Source: an uncultured archaeon
GTDB taxonomy: Archaea; Iainarchaeota; Iainarchaeia; Iainarchaeales; CSSED10-239
NCBI GenBank assembly: GCA_964463155.1
Contig: CAYXAY010000003.1
Span: forward strand, 2,717-34,716
Direction: 5' to 3'
DNA: 32,000 bases
In this document: in pieces, positions 1 to 9,232 of the stretch
Position numbering within the stretch: the stretch's first letter is position 1
Layout of the letters: each line of letters opens with the position of its first letter
Position numbers and translations under genes: made by a program
The notes under the pieces: generated by a model
What the model saw: the letters and a program-made list of their open reading frames with translations, nothing else
What the model was told of the DNA's origin: nothing
Databases searched by the model: none

Positions 1-336
1 TGAGCCCTCTCTACCAATAATTCTGCCTTTTATCTGCTCAAGACGACTTTCGTTTTTACCAATAACTTCTGGTATTGAAATTATTTCAATTGTGTAATCA
101 TCTTTAAGAATAAGAAACGCATGCTCTGGAGAAAAGCCTCTAGAGATTGCAGAAATTATTTTTTTTGCATTATAGATGTCATAGTAATTGTTCCAACCAA
201 CAATAGTTATATCCCCTGTATGGCTGTCTATTTCCAGTTTTGTTTTTGTTTTCTTTTCAATTACTCTTTTTATTTGACCATTAGGGCCAATTATTACAGG
301 TATTCTTTGATGAGTGACTTTAATTATCTCTTCCAT
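1..336 (-). CDS. KH-domain RNA-binding protein (archaeal Dim2/Pno1-like), truncated by the window edge
   Basis: Not in the ORF track because it runs off the window. My reverse-strand translation from the ATG at 336 gives MEEIIKVTHQRIPVIIGPNGQIKRVIEKKTKTKLEIDSHTGDITIVGW...RGFSPEHAFLILKDD...KGRIIGREGS. There are two KH GxxG loops (GPNG, GREG). It overlaps the Rio1 stop by 17 nt. KH-Rio pairing is a conserved archaeal neighbourhood. Confidence 0.75.
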   Translation of the reverse strand, partial: MEEIIKVTHQRIPVIIGPNGQIKRVIEKKTKTKLEIDSHTGDITIVGWNNYYDIYNAKKIISAISRGFSPEHAFLILKDDYTIEIISIPEVIGKNESRLEQIKGRIIGREGS

Positions 337-1054
337 AAATTTCTTTTTTCTTGTTTTTGATGTCTTCTAAAAACTTTTTAGGAGTTGTGTTTTTTTCTGG
401 AAATCTTTTTGTTAGGAATTCTGTAATGTTTAGAATGTCTCTTTTTAAAAACTCTTTTGCTTTTGGATGGTTTTGCAAAACCGCTTGGCCAACATCAATT
501 ATGGTAATCTTTTGTGTTTTTGGATTAATCAAGATATTGAATGCAGAAAAGTCTGCATGAACTAGCCTTGCACCATAAAGCATTTTTGAATAGTTGTCAA
601 CTATTTGCTGATAGACGGTGTCAAAATCAAAATCTATTTTTGTAAGTTGGGGATGAGGGATGTTATCTTTACCAATAAAGGACATTATTAGAATGTTTTT
701 TTCTCTTGCTATAGGAACAGGAACAACTACTCCGTTGTTAAGAGCCAGAGTAAGGTTTTTGTATTCTTTACTTGCCCATATCAAGATTGTGTCTCTTTTG
801 TCTTTTTTTAAATATTTAAATCTGTAGTCCCCCTTTATATATTTGTTCATGTTTTTGAATTTACTTGTTTCTATCTTGTAAATCTTAGCAACAAGAGAAG
901 TGTCTCCTAGGTGACCTAAGAAAGTAACTGCCTCTTTTCCTGATGAGATTGGAGAATCTATTGAATCAAAAATGTGGTTGTTTGATAACTTAAATAATGC
1001 TTCGTGTGTCTGTGCATCAAAAACATAATTTTCTATTCTTTTTGTGTCTAACAT
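320..1054 (-). CDS. rio1: RIO-type serine/threonine protein kinase (Rio1-like)
   Basis: 244-aa ORF with RIO signatures: SSGKEA (ATP-binding loop, cf. STGKEA), LVHADFSAFNIL (catalytic loop) and IIDVGQAV (metal-binding IDxxQ). It has no N-terminal winged helix, so it is Rio1- rather than Rio2-type. Confidence 0.9.
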   Translation of the reverse strand: MLDTKRIENYVFDAQTHEALFKLSNNHIFDSIDSPISSGKEAVTFLGHLGDTSLVAKIYKIETSKFKNMNKYIKGDYRFKYLKKDKRDTILIWASKEYKNLTLALNNGVVVPVPIAREKNILIMSFIGKDNIPHPQLTKIDFDFDTVYQQIVDNYSKMLYGARLVHADFSAFNILINPKTQKITIIDVGQAVLQNHPKAKEFLKRDILNITEFLTKRFPEKNTTPKKFLEDIKNKKKEIYGRDN

Positions 1055-1080
1055 AATTATCTAAAATAAGAGAAGATAAT

Positions 1081-1554
1081 TTATTCTTTATCTTCAATAT
1101 TCTCTTCTTCTGTTTCTTCTTTAACAGTTTCGTCTTTTGTTTTTAGAATTTCTCTTGGAATATTACTGACTTCATCGTGAGTGTACTCATAAAGCTTTGT
1201 TAGTTCGCCTTTTCTTTCAAGATAATTCTTTTGAAAACCTTGATATCTCCAAATAACATCTGCTTTTCTTGGCTGGAAATCCCATAGTTTTACAATCACT
1301 ATGTCATTTGCCTTTAGCCAGACGTGCTTGAAAAGTTTTCCAGGAATTCTGCACATTCGGTCTTGGTCGTCTTCACAAGCAATCTTGACTTGGTTTGAAC
1401 CCATCAATTGTATGACTTTTCCATACATTTCTAATTCTTTTCTAAATGGGGTTCTTATTTTTCTGAAAGCATTTGGGTCTTGTTCTGCTACCCTTTGTTG
1501 CTTGTTAAAATATGCGGGCTTGTGTGCTCCTGTTGTTGGCTTGTTAAATTTCAT
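1081..1554 (-). CDS. eif1a: Translation initiation factor aIF-1A
   Basis: 157-aa ORF. The S1/OB core GSNQVKIACEDDQDRMCRIPGKLFKHVWLKANDIVIVKLWDFQ matches the eIF1A/aIF1A pattern. It has an acidic C-terminal tail. Confidence 0.9.
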   Translation of the reverse strand: MKFNKPTTGAHKPAYFNKQQRVAEQDPNAFRKIRTPFRKELEMYGKVIQLMGSNQVKIACEDDQDRMCRIPGKLFKHVWLKANDIVIVKLWDFQPRKADVIWRYQGFQKNYLERKGELTKLYEYTHDEVSNIPREILKTKDETVKEETEEENIEDKE

Positions 1555-1569
1555 TTATTTTCTTTCTCC

Positions 1570-1770
1570 TTATTTTATTTTAAATTTATTAAAACCGTTT
1601 TTCGTTATTTTGATTATTGCTTCTAATGCCTTTTTCTCTTCTTCTGAAATATTGCTTGGTTTTATTTCTCTTTCATTTATTAATTCTAATTGCAACTCTA
1701 ATAATTTTAATTTTGCTTCGTATGTCTTTTTGCCGTAATATTCTTCTTTTTTAAATATTCTATTAACCAT
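1570..1770 (-). CDS. Hypothetical small coiled-coil protein
   Basis: 66-aa ORF, K/E-rich and helical. The frame stays open upstream to about 1940 but has no ATG/GTG/TTG, so the start is uncertain. I recognise no family. Confidence 0.3.
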   Translation of the reverse strand: MVNRIFKKEEYYGKKTYEAKLKLLELQLELINEREIKPSNISEEEKKALEAIIKITKNGFNKFKIK

Positions 1771-1893
1771 TGCTTCTATTTGTTTATTAAAGTCATTGAA
1801 TGCCTCAGATCTTTTTTGTTGCTTGAATTGTGTAATTTCTATGCCTCTTTGGTGTTTTGAAAATTGCTTTGGTTTTTTCGGTGCCGTAGATCA

Positions 1894-2184
1894 TCACATT
1901 TTATATATTTGTGTGTGAGATATTTTATTTATTTTAATTATGTGGGTCTTTGTAATTATGTTTTTTTCTAATAGTTTTTTACAAATCTTGTTCCCAAAAA
2001 TGTTGGCACAATCACAAGTGTCTAGATTTTTAAATAAATCCTTTTCTGTAATTGGTTTATCTCCATAAAAAGACTTAGAGAGATGTATTTCAAAATCTTT
2101 AGTTTTTATTTTAGTATCTAATAATTCTTTATCACAACAAGCAAATATTTTTTTATCCAAAAGATTATGAACTTTTCCAATCAT
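1894..2184 (-). CDS. DUF424-family protein
   Basis: 96-aa ORF. KIFACCDKELLDTK...FYGDKPITEKDL...ANIFGNK...ISHTQIYKM resembles the archaeal DUF424 pattern (AxCDxELLG..., C-terminal PHaQiy.M). It lies directly upstream of aIF-2beta on the same strand. Confidence 0.65.
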   Translation of the reverse strand: MIGKVHNLLDKKIFACCDKELLDTKIKTKDFEIHLSKSFYGDKPITEKDLFKNLDTCDCANIFGNKICKKLLEKNIITKTHIIKINKISHTQIYKM

Positions 2185-2196
2185 CTATCTATCTCC

Positions 2197-2643
2197 TTAT
2201 AGCTTTGGGAGGGGGGTTACTGCTCCGCAAGCTGTGCATCTTAATATCTTGATGTTGTTTTTTGTTGATATTTGTGTGTCTGGTTTTTTACATGCAGAAC
2301 ACAAGACATAAGTATTAATAAACTTGTCAAGCATGTTATTGATCTTGTTGTTATCAAAGGTTCCGTTTAGAACCAATGATTGGTTGTTAACTATTGTTGA
2401 AGAAGTGCTGATTTCCTTCATAACAAACTTGTAAAGTAAATCTGTTTCTCTGTTTAGGTCTTTACTAATCTTTACAAAGTTTTTCCAGATAGTTTGCTTT
2501 CCTTGAATCATTGATTGAGCTCTTGGTATCTCAAATCTTGTGCCTTCTTTTGCCTTTGAAGACAAGGACATATATAGTCTGTCAAGTAGCATATTATAGT
2601 CTAAATCTATTTTTTCAGTACCTTTTTCTTTTGCTTTTACCAT
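2197..2643 (-). CDS. eif2b: Translation initiation factor aIF-2 beta subunit
   Basis: 148-aa ORF with eIF2beta/eIF5-type organisation and a C-terminal C4 zinc ribbon, CSACKKPDT...LRCTACGA. Confidence 0.9.
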   Translation of the reverse strand: MVKAKEKGTEKIDLDYNMLLDRLYMSLSSKAKEGTRFEIPRAQSMIQGKQTIWKNFVKISKDLNRETDLLYKFVMKEISTSSTIVNNQSLVLNGTFDNNKINNMLDKFINTYVLCSACKKPDTQISTKNNIKILRCTACGAVTPLPKL

Positions 2644-2730
2644 ATATATAATATAGCATAAATGCTTTTATAAAGCTATTTAGTTAAGACAACAAATCTG
2701 TTTTTAATTGTTAGCATAATAGAAATATAT

Positions 2731-3120
2731 GTGTCAAAAAAAAATAAACGCTTGGTTTCTGAATTGTTTAAACCAGGAAAAATCGCAATATATGTTTTTG
2801 TGGTTGTTATTTCTTTGATTATTGGTTTTGCAATTTTGAGTTTTGTTTATAGTTTTAATAAAGGATACAAATACAAAGATGAAGCTATTGTTAATTGTAT
2901 TGCCACTTGTAAAGAAAAGATAGGGAAAGGAGAAATGATGGCTTCTGGTCCTTGCATCTCTAATTCTGTTGCTCCTGATTGGGTTTGTGATTCTATTAGT
3001 GTTCCTAGAAATAAGTTTGTTGATAACCAATCGGAAAACCAATGTGAGGCATATAGGGATGGAACAAATAAACATTTTGTAGAAGTTAGCACAACTTGTG
3101 AGTTTATTAGGGCCCATTAA
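2731..3120 (+). CDS. Hypothetical membrane-anchored Cys-rich protein
   Basis: 129-aa ORF with a GTG start. It has an N-terminal TM helix (IAIYVFVVVISLIIGFAILSFVY) followed by an ectodomain with 8 Cys. I prefer it to the antisense ORF 2734-3117, whose translation is low-complexity. Confidence 0.5.
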   Translation: MSKKNKRLVSELFKPGKIAIYVFVVVISLIIGFAILSFVYSFNKGYKYKDEAIVNCIATCKEKIGKGEMMASGPCISNSVAPDWVCDSISVPRNKFVDNQSENQCEAYRDGTNKHFVEVSTTCEFIRAH

Positions 3121-3965
3121 AATATTATTAATGTTAGCATAATGACTATTATCATTAATACAACTTGTATTGGAAGAGCAGGAAGCGCCTTTACTTTTTT
3201 TCTGTATCTGTCAAGTATGTAAAAGGTTATTGCAAGACCTGCAATTGATGCTATCCAGATAAGTGTTACTGGAATTATGGTTGTTGTGATTGTGTGCTTT
3301 TTTATCAGTATTGAAAAAAGACTTGAAGACACAACTGCAGGAATCACCAGATCTCCGCCTCCAAGCTTGTATTCTCTTTTCTTGCTTGGAAGAACAAAGA
3401 TTAGAGATATTTTCTTTTTTATAATCATTTGGGCAAGAGTTACCATGTGCTTTGTGTAGAACACTGCTACGATATCATAGATTGCAAGAAGAATCAAAAG
3501 AGCAATGACTGGGATTATTCCAAGACCGAGCCCCATTATTGTTCCTGCTCCAGATATTGCGATTGCAAGAAGGGTATTGTTGTACCATTTTGTGTAGCTG
3601 TTTTCTTTTTTTAAAAAATATTTAAGCATTAAAAGATAGATTGTGGAGATGTATGCAAGAACTACTGGAAGAACTATTGAAAAGACCAGAGATATTCCTG
3701 TAAATAACGCTAAAAACTCAACAATAAACAAATAGTTTTGTGATTTGAATATTTTTCTTAAAACTATTATTGCGGTTGTAAAGAAAATTATGTAGCCTAC
3801 AATGAATAGGGCGTTCCATATGCTATTTGGGTTTTTGCTAACAATTGATAGTTGTAGGTTTTGCGGTAGAAAATAAATGGTGATAACTATACATAGTATT
3901 TGAACAAATAAAAATAATAACAGAAAAGAAACTATAAAGTTCTTATCCTTTAATGCGTTGTCCAT
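3117..3965 (-). CDS. Presenilin/signal-peptide-peptidase-like intramembrane aspartyl protease (A22 family)
   Basis: 282-aa polytopic membrane ORF. It carries the three family signatures in the right order: AIYDIVAV (YD), LGGGDLVIP (GxGD) and ALPALP (PAL). Confidence 0.8.
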   Translation of the reverse strand: MDNALKDKNFIVSFLLLFLFVQILCIVITIYFLPQNLQLSIVSKNPNSIWNALFIVGYIIFFTTAIIVLRKIFKSQNYLFIVEFLALFTGISLVFSIVLPVVLAYISTIYLLMLKYFLKKENSYTKWYNNTLLAIAISGAGTIMGLGLGIIPVIALLILLAIYDIVAVFYTKHMVTLAQMIIKKKISLIFVLPSKKREYKLGGGDLVIPAVVSSSLFSILIKKHTITTTIIPVTLIWIASIAGLAITFYILDRYRKKVKALPALPIQVVLMIIVIMLTLIIF

Positions 3966-3978
3966 GGTTTTTTGTCCT

Positions 3979-6114
3979 TTACAGAGATGTGTTATCCACA
4001 GGTTTTAAATAACCATTCTTTGGCTCGTAAAGCTCACCTGATTTTTTTAGCTTTGATATGGCATCCATTAACTTGTCTCTTCCTATATTTTGCTTTTCCA
4101 TAGTATCTATTATGTTTGATAATGTCACTGGGTTTCCGTCTGATGTCAGATCTTTAATGATGTTTAGTACTCTTTTAATAAATTGCCTTTCGCTTGTTGA
4201 GGTTCCTGTTGTTATTATGTCAATGTCAATTTTTCCGGTCTCAAGGTCTATTGCTGTTTGTTCAAGAGAAATCTTAAAGATTCTTATTGCTCTTTGGGCG
4301 TCTTCAAGCTCTATTTCGTGTTTTAGTCTTACTTTTGCGCTTGCCTCTGATAATCTTATTAAACCTTCAAGCTGTCTTGGCGTTGCTCCAAAGCTTTCTG
4401 ATTTTCTTCCAAGATCTCTTAAGTCAATGTAATAGTTTAGGATTTTTTCAGAAGCGTCTTTGCTTAGTTTTGGTCTTATCTGTTGACGAGCATAGGCAAC
4501 ATATTTCTTAAAGACATTTGGGTCAATCTTTGGAAGAACTGTGTCTTGGATTTTTTCCATTTCTTCTTTTGTTAGTTCTCCTTCGGGAGCCGCTAATTTT
4601 TGTGCTGCTTCTTGGACATCAATTATGTGTTTTCCAAGCTCTATATCAAGATTTCTATTAAGAACATCTCTAATAATGAAATATAAATCAAATCTTGAAA
4701 GAAGAGAGAATGGTAAATCTATTTGCTCTATTGGGTTTTTGTATTTATCAAATCTGTTTAGTTTTGGATTTGCTGCTGCAAGAATAGATGTGTCTGCTCT
4801 AAACTTTGCATAAAGCCCAGCTTTAGAAACAGAAACTGTTGCTTGAGCCATTGCTTCATGAAGAGTGCTTCTATCTTCTGTCTCCATCTTATCAAACTCA
4901 TCAATCATTGCTATTCCACCAGAAGCTAAAATTACTGCTCCTGCTTTTAATGTCCAGCCGCCTTCTCCAAAATCATCTTTTACTGCTGAGACTGTTAAAC
5001 CTGCTCCACTTGCGCTTTTTCCTGAAACAAAGATTGATTTTGGTGCAATTGTTGCTGCGTTTCTTAAAAGTTCGGACTTTCCGGTTGATGGGTCACCGAC
5101 TAGAAGGATGTGAATGTTCCCTCTAAACTCCTGCTTTTGAACTTTCTTTTTTACGCCACCAAACATTTGAAGAGTAATTGCTTCTTTAACAACTTCGTGA
5201 CCGTAGATTTTTGGAGCAATTGACTGGGCTAATAATTCGTAGATGTCTTCCTTTTTTGAAAGCTGTTTGATTTCATCTACTTCATCAGGAGAGATATCAA
5301 GCTCTTCAAACTCTTGGTCGACTTTTTCAACATGGTTTGCTATCATGTATTTGTTAAACATGTTTGTGTCTTTTTGCGGTTTTAGTTTTACAATGCCAGT
5401 CACTATTATTTTGTCACCTGCCGAACATGAATTAACAAGGTCATCAGAGATATATACTTCAACATGGTTTGCTTGCTCGCTACCCTTTAAATTTTCAATT
5501 GGTTCTTGGATTTCTATTTTTTGATAATCTATGAATTTGCTTTGCTCCAAGTCTAAATCAAACTCCCTTGATTTACAATCACACATTGCTGGTTTTGTTA
5601 ATTGTTGTGTTGTTTGCTTGATGTTGTAGCTGTTCTGGCATTTTCTACAAACAAAATGCGCTTCAATCATCTTTTGTAGTCTTTCTGTAATTTGTCTTAT
5701 CATTCCTTCTGCTGAGATTAATGATGTTAGGTGCTTGGAACCAATGTCTCTTATCTCTACTCTGTATTCCTCAGGGAGATTAAAAAATCTAATGTGCGGC
5801 TCAAACTTTTGATCTGTTTGTTCAAGGATACCAACATCAATCTTTCTTAGAGCAGCAGTTGCTGCTTCAATAATTAGGTTTGGGTTTTCAATTAATCTTT
5901 CTGCTATGTTTAAATCAAAAGCTTCAAGTTTTTTGTAATCTATATCTTGGCTTTTCTTTTCTGGATAATTAGATGCTAGGATTTCAATTTCTCTTTTGTA
6001 AACGGCATTAAGAAACTCTTCAAAAATAGAAATGTATTCGTCAAGTGCAAGATTGGTTGATTCGGTTGTTATCTGATCTAGTTCATCAAAATCAAATTCA
6101 CTCATTTTTTGCAC
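3979..6114 (-). CDS. mcm: MCM replicative helicase
   Basis: 711 aa. It has a zinc ribbon (CRKCQNS...CDCKS), Walker A GDPSTGKS, Walker B IDEFDKM and arginine finger SRFDL. The length is normal and there is no intein. Confidence 0.95.
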   Translation of the reverse strand: MQKMSEFDFDELDQITTESTNLALDEYISIFEEFLNAVYKREIEILASNYPEKKSQDIDYKKLEAFDLNIAERLIENPNLIIEAATAALRKIDVGILEQTDQKFEPHIRFFNLPEEYRVEIRDIGSKHLTSLISAEGMIRQITERLQKMIEAHFVCRKCQNSYNIKQTTQQLTKPAMCDCKSREFDLDLEQSKFIDYQKIEIQEPIENLKGSEQANHVEVYISDDLVNSCSAGDKIIVTGIVKLKPQKDTNMFNKYMIANHVEKVDQEFEELDISPDEVDEIKQLSKKEDIYELLAQSIAPKIYGHEVVKEAITLQMFGGVKKKVQKQEFRGNIHILLVGDPSTGKSELLRNAATIAPKSIFVSGKSASGAGLTVSAVKDDFGEGGWTLKAGAVILASGGIAMIDEFDKMETEDRSTLHEAMAQATVSVSKAGLYAKFRADTSILAAANPKLNRFDKYKNPIEQIDLPFSLLSRFDLYFIIRDVLNRNLDIELGKHIIDVQEAAQKLAAPEGELTKEEMEKIQDTVLPKIDPNVFKKYVAYARQQIRPKLSKDASEKILNYYIDLRDLGRKSESFGATPRQLEGLIRLSEASAKVRLKHEIELEDAQRAIRIFKISLEQTAIDLETGKIDIDIITTGTSTSERQFIKRVLNIIKDLTSDGNPVTLSNIIDTMEKQNIGRDKLMDAISKLKKSGELYEPKNGYLKPVDNTSL

Positions 6115-6218
6115 CTTTATATTATATTTGCATCAAAGTAGTTATATGGTTGCTTATTTAGGTTTTCTTGTAATTACGCATAAAAACTAACAAAATCAAT
6201 ACAGGAAGTAAGGGGGAT

Positions 6219-7541
6219 TTATTCTAAATCTAGACTATTTGCCATAAACTCCAGCTGGTTGGAGAAACCATTTATCTTTGCCTTGCCAACAACTATTGCT
6301 TTTTTTCCAAGAAGCTTTCCTTCTGCTTTTGAAAAGATTTTGTTTTTGTCTTCTTCTGTCAGGTCTTTTTTTAGGTATTCTTTTTTAATATCATAAACTG
6401 ATTCAAGAAGCTGATTGAATAATGTTACTCTTATTACTCCTGTTCCGTCATCTAGGTTTATTGAAGAAAAGATGTTTATTTTTGGGTCTACTTGCTTGTT
6501 ACAGCTTTCACAAATGAACTCGTTGTTTATAAAGAACACTTTTTCTTTACAGTCTGGGCATTTAAAAGACCTTAGTCCTCCTTTCTTGTTTATCTCAAGA
6601 ACTGTTCCTGTAATCTTATAGTTGTTGTTGTTTTCAAGATTGATTATTTTTTCCTCTTTTATATCTTGGTTTGTTATTTCTACAATTGATGGTATCTTAA
6701 ATTTTGTTTTTGGGTTTTTTGTTATTGTTGAATTCCAGTTGACATAGGCCTCTAAATCATAAAGCCCATCTTTTATTGTAATGTCGCTAAGTCTTACAAG
6801 ATCTCCTTTTTTATAGTTTTTAGAAATCTCTTGAGCCCAGGCGTCAAATGCAGTGCATCTTAAGTATTTTATGCCATCTGATATTTCAAAATTTATTGCT
6901 TGTCTTTCCTTGTCTTCTCTTTTAAAGGTTTTAATAGGATAGATGTTTGTTATTCTTCCAATAACATCTATTGGCTGTCCAGGGTTTTCATTAATCTCTG
7001 AAATCTTAAGTATTGTTTCTTTTAGTTTTGTAACATTTATTCCTTCAGGGTCTTTTATTATTTGTCCGCCTTGTCTTAAAGACAATTCTATTTTTTCATT
7101 GTATTGATTGACTGCTGCGTCTTTTATCAGAACTAAATCGTTCTTTTCAAAGCCTTGCTCAGGTATTAGTTCTGCTTTGTCTTGCCATAAGTTTAATTTT
7201 ATTAAACCTGTTTCATCAGAAAGATAAAGACTTTGTATCTTTCCTTCAGTTCCGTCCTTTGTTTTGTATTTTTTTACTGGAGGTATTGATTTTATTCTTG
7301 CATAAAGTGATACTGAATCAATAGAAGGATTGATTTCAGAAATCTTTGTTATTGAGCTGGTTTTTGACTTGAGGTCAAGATTTACTCCAAGTTGCTTAGA
7401 AAGGAGAATGTTTGCTCCAACATCGCTTAAGAGGCCTTGGTACTTGTCCTTTATCTCCTCAAGCTTTTGATTAAGCTCATCATCGCTTAGCCCGCTTTGA
7501 GTTTTAATAATAGAATAAATTTGTTCGCTAGTAAGTTGCAT
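6219..7541 (-). CDS. rpa: Replication protein A / replication factor A (ssDNA-binding, OB folds plus zinc ribbon)
   Basis: 440 aa with repeated OB-like segments and a C4 zinc ribbon, CPDCKEKV...CESCNKQV. It is adjacent to mcm on the same strand. Confidence 0.8.
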   Translation of the reverse strand: MQLTSEQIYSIIKTQSGLSDDELNQKLEEIKDKYQGLLSDVGANILLSKQLGVNLDLKSKTSSITKISEINPSIDSVSLYARIKSIPPVKKYKTKDGTEGKIQSLYLSDETGLIKLNLWQDKAELIPEQGFEKNDLVLIKDAAVNQYNEKIELSLRQGGQIIKDPEGINVTKLKETILKISEINENPGQPIDVIGRITNIYPIKTFKREDKERQAINFEISDGIKYLRCTAFDAWAQEISKNYKKGDLVRLSDITIKDGLYDLEAYVNWNSTITKNPKTKFKIPSIVEITNQDIKEEKIINLENNNNYKITGTVLEINKKGGLRSFKCPDCKEKVFFINNEFICESCNKQVDPKINIFSSINLDDGTGVIRVTLFNQLLESVYDIKKEYLKKDLTEEDKNKIFSKAEGKLLGKKAIVVGKAKINGFSNQLEFMANSLDLE

Positions 7542-7620
7542 AATCTTTCACCTAATATGTATTTAGGAAGCCAATATATTAAAAAGTTACCTAGAGTGGC
7601 TGTTAAATAACAAGACATCA

Positions 7621-7938
7621 TTAAATTTTCTTAATCATCTCTTCTAATTTTAAATAAACTTCTTTTCTTTCTTCATTTAAATAACAAACGCGTCTAATTG
7701 CAGACTGTTTTGGCATTGTAAAAATATAGTTTAATTTAAGTCTGCTGTCTTTGAATAGTCCGTCTTTTTTTGGTAATAAAATCCCTTTCATTTGCAAATT
7801 GCTAGTTATTCCTATTAACACAATATCATTAAAATCAGAAAATACTATAAGTGCGGGATGTATTTTAGATTCGGAGTTATCAATAAATGTAAAATTTACA
7901 AGAACTACTTCTCCTGCTTTAAATGCCATTTCTCTCAT
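7621..7938 (-). CDS. PemK/MazF-like toxin (type II TA)
   Basis: 105 aa. Shows the pattern GEVVLVNF...HPALIV...IVLIGITSN typical of PemK/MazF. Its start shares a 4-nt ATGA overlap with the upstream 68-aa ORF. Confidence 0.6.
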   Translation of the reverse strand: MREMAFKAGEVVLVNFTFIDNSESKIHPALIVFSDFNDIVLIGITSNLQMKGILLPKKDGLFKDSRLKLNYIFTMPKQSAIRRVCYLNEERKEVYLKLEEMIKKI

Positions 7939-8141
7939 TCTTCATCTTCTTTGTTGTCCCAAAGTTCTTTTAGCTTTATCTTTTGAGCATTCATCATTAG
8001 TTTAAAATAATCGTCTTTTGCGGATTTTGATTTCAATAGATTAGAAATTACATCGTCAAATGACTGTCTAGGATGCATTTTTAATTTTTTTAAATTATTT
8101 ACAACGGTTTTTGACAACTGGACAGTTGTATATTCGTTCAT
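7935..8141 (-). CDS. Putative cognate antitoxin
   Basis: 68 aa. The N-terminus TVQLSKTVVNNLKKLK...SFDDVISNLL resembles a small DNA-binding antitoxin, and the tail is acidic. Its stop overlaps the toxin start. Confidence 0.5.
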   Translation of the reverse strand: MNEYTTVQLSKTVVNNLKKLKMHPRQSFDDVISNLLKSKSAKDDYFKLMMNAQKIKLKELWDNKEDEE

Positions 8142-8237
8142 GTTATAACCCCCTATAAGTAATTATAGTTAGTTATATTAAGCCCCTCTTTTTAATTACA
8201 TAAATATATTATAACCCTCATTTGATATCTGTTTTTC

Positions 8238-8268
8238 GGGAGGGTGGCTGTCCAGTGTGAAAAGAAAG
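8238..8268. repeat. GC-rich 31-nt motif, copy 1 (GGGAGGGTGGCTGTCCAGTGTGAAAAGAAAG)
   Basis: 23 of 31 positions are identical to 12565-12595 in the same orientation. It stands out against AT-rich intergenic DNA. Confidence 0.6.
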
Positions 8269-8316
8269 CTATTTAAATAGTATTTTTATATTTTTTTATT
8301 ATATGGAGGTATAAAT

Positions 8317-8832
8317 ATGTCAGTTCTTATTATAGTTTTAGTGTCAATAGTCGTATTGCTTATCATAGGTTATTTTTGGGTGAAATTTGCAAAAAGCGGT
8401 TTTGGAAAAGGCAAGATGGAAATAGTTATTGGAAAAACAAATTATAATTCTGGAGAAACAATAACTGGTAAAATAATAATTACTGCAAAGAAAAACTTTG
8501 TTGCAAAAACACTAACTGCAGACCTTACTTGTAAAAGACAAACAACAAGCAATAGTAATGGTAAAACAAGTAGCAGTTCTGATTTGGTTTTTAAAAAAAC
8601 TGCAGAGATTGCTAAAAACCTTTCTTTCTTGGCAGGAGAAACCAAAGAGTTTGATTTTAAGATAGATATACCTGATGATGCTTTTATTAAGACAACAACA
8701 AATAAAACACTTAATATGGCTCTAGGAATCTTGACAAAACAACATAACAAATTATCTTGGAAACTTGATGGTAAAGCAGAGATAAGTAGCTTGATTAAAG
8801 TGTCTGAAACAAAAAAAATATACGTTAATTAG
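8317..8832 (+). CDS. Hypothetical membrane-anchored protein, possibly an arrestin/Spo0M-like beta-sandwich
   Basis: 171 aa with an N-terminal TM helix. The segment YNSGETITGKIIITAKKNFVAKTLTADLTC resembles the arrestin-N/Spo0M pattern. It ends in a TAG stop. Confidence 0.45.
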   Translation: MSVLIIVLVSIVVLLIIGYFWVKFAKSGFGKGKMEIVIGKTNYNSGETITGKIIITAKKNFVAKTLTADLTCKRQTTSNSNGKTSSSSDLVFKKTAEIAKNLSFLAGETKEFDFKIDIPDDAFIKTTTNKTLNMALGILTKQHNKLSWKLDGKAEISSLIKVSETKKIYVN

Positions 8833-8883
8833 ATATTAATATAAATATAAGGCACAATAAATATTTAGCAATAATTGATAACC

Positions 8884-9225
8884 ATGGCAAAAGTAAAATT
8901 CATGTCTTTTAAGGTTGAAGAACATCTACAAAAAGAAGCAGCTAAAAACAAAGAATTAAGGTTAGCAAAGAACAAAAATAATTATCAAAGAATAGTTAAA
9001 TCATTGATACATGATATTATTGATGAAATTGATGTTATTTTTGAAAATACAGAAAGAAGAAAACCTACTGGTGTTGAGAAAAACAGATTGTCTGAATTAA
9101 GAGTAAGGGGTTTAGAGATTATTGATAAAATTAAAAAAACAAAAATATTAACAACCATTGAAAAAGAAGAATTGATATATTGGATATCACAAAGGGTTGT
9201 AAGACCTATAGAAAACGGAAAATAG
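8884..9225 (+). CDS. Hypothetical coiled-coil protein
   Basis: The track ORF begins at TTG 8875. The ATG at 8884 (MAKVKFMSF...) is the more likely start. The stop lies 7 nt before the ATPase start, which suggests an operon. Confidence 0.4.
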   Translation: MAKVKFMSFKVEEHLQKEAAKNKELRLAKNKNNYQRIVKSLIHDIIDEIDVIFENTERRKPTGVEKNRLSELRVRGLEIIDKIKKTKILTTIEKEELIYWISQRVVRPIENGK

Positions 9226-9232
9226 ATAAAAA

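Noticed and set aside
2734-3117. Minus-strand 127-aa ORF mirroring 2731-3120
   Set aside because: Its translation is N/R/I-rich low complexity with no TM or domain logic. The plus-strand product has a clean signal-anchor and a Cys-rich ectodomain. This assignment remains only moderately confident.
3979-6114. Intein or insertion in MCM. Also the many plus-strand ORFs inside it (4058-4432, 4287-4511, 4541-4813, 4839-5126, 5243-5524).
   Set aside because: MCM has canonical length with contiguous Walker A, Walker B and arginine-finger spacing. The antisense ORFs have low-complexity L/S/F-rich translations, typical of the reverse strand of a real gene.
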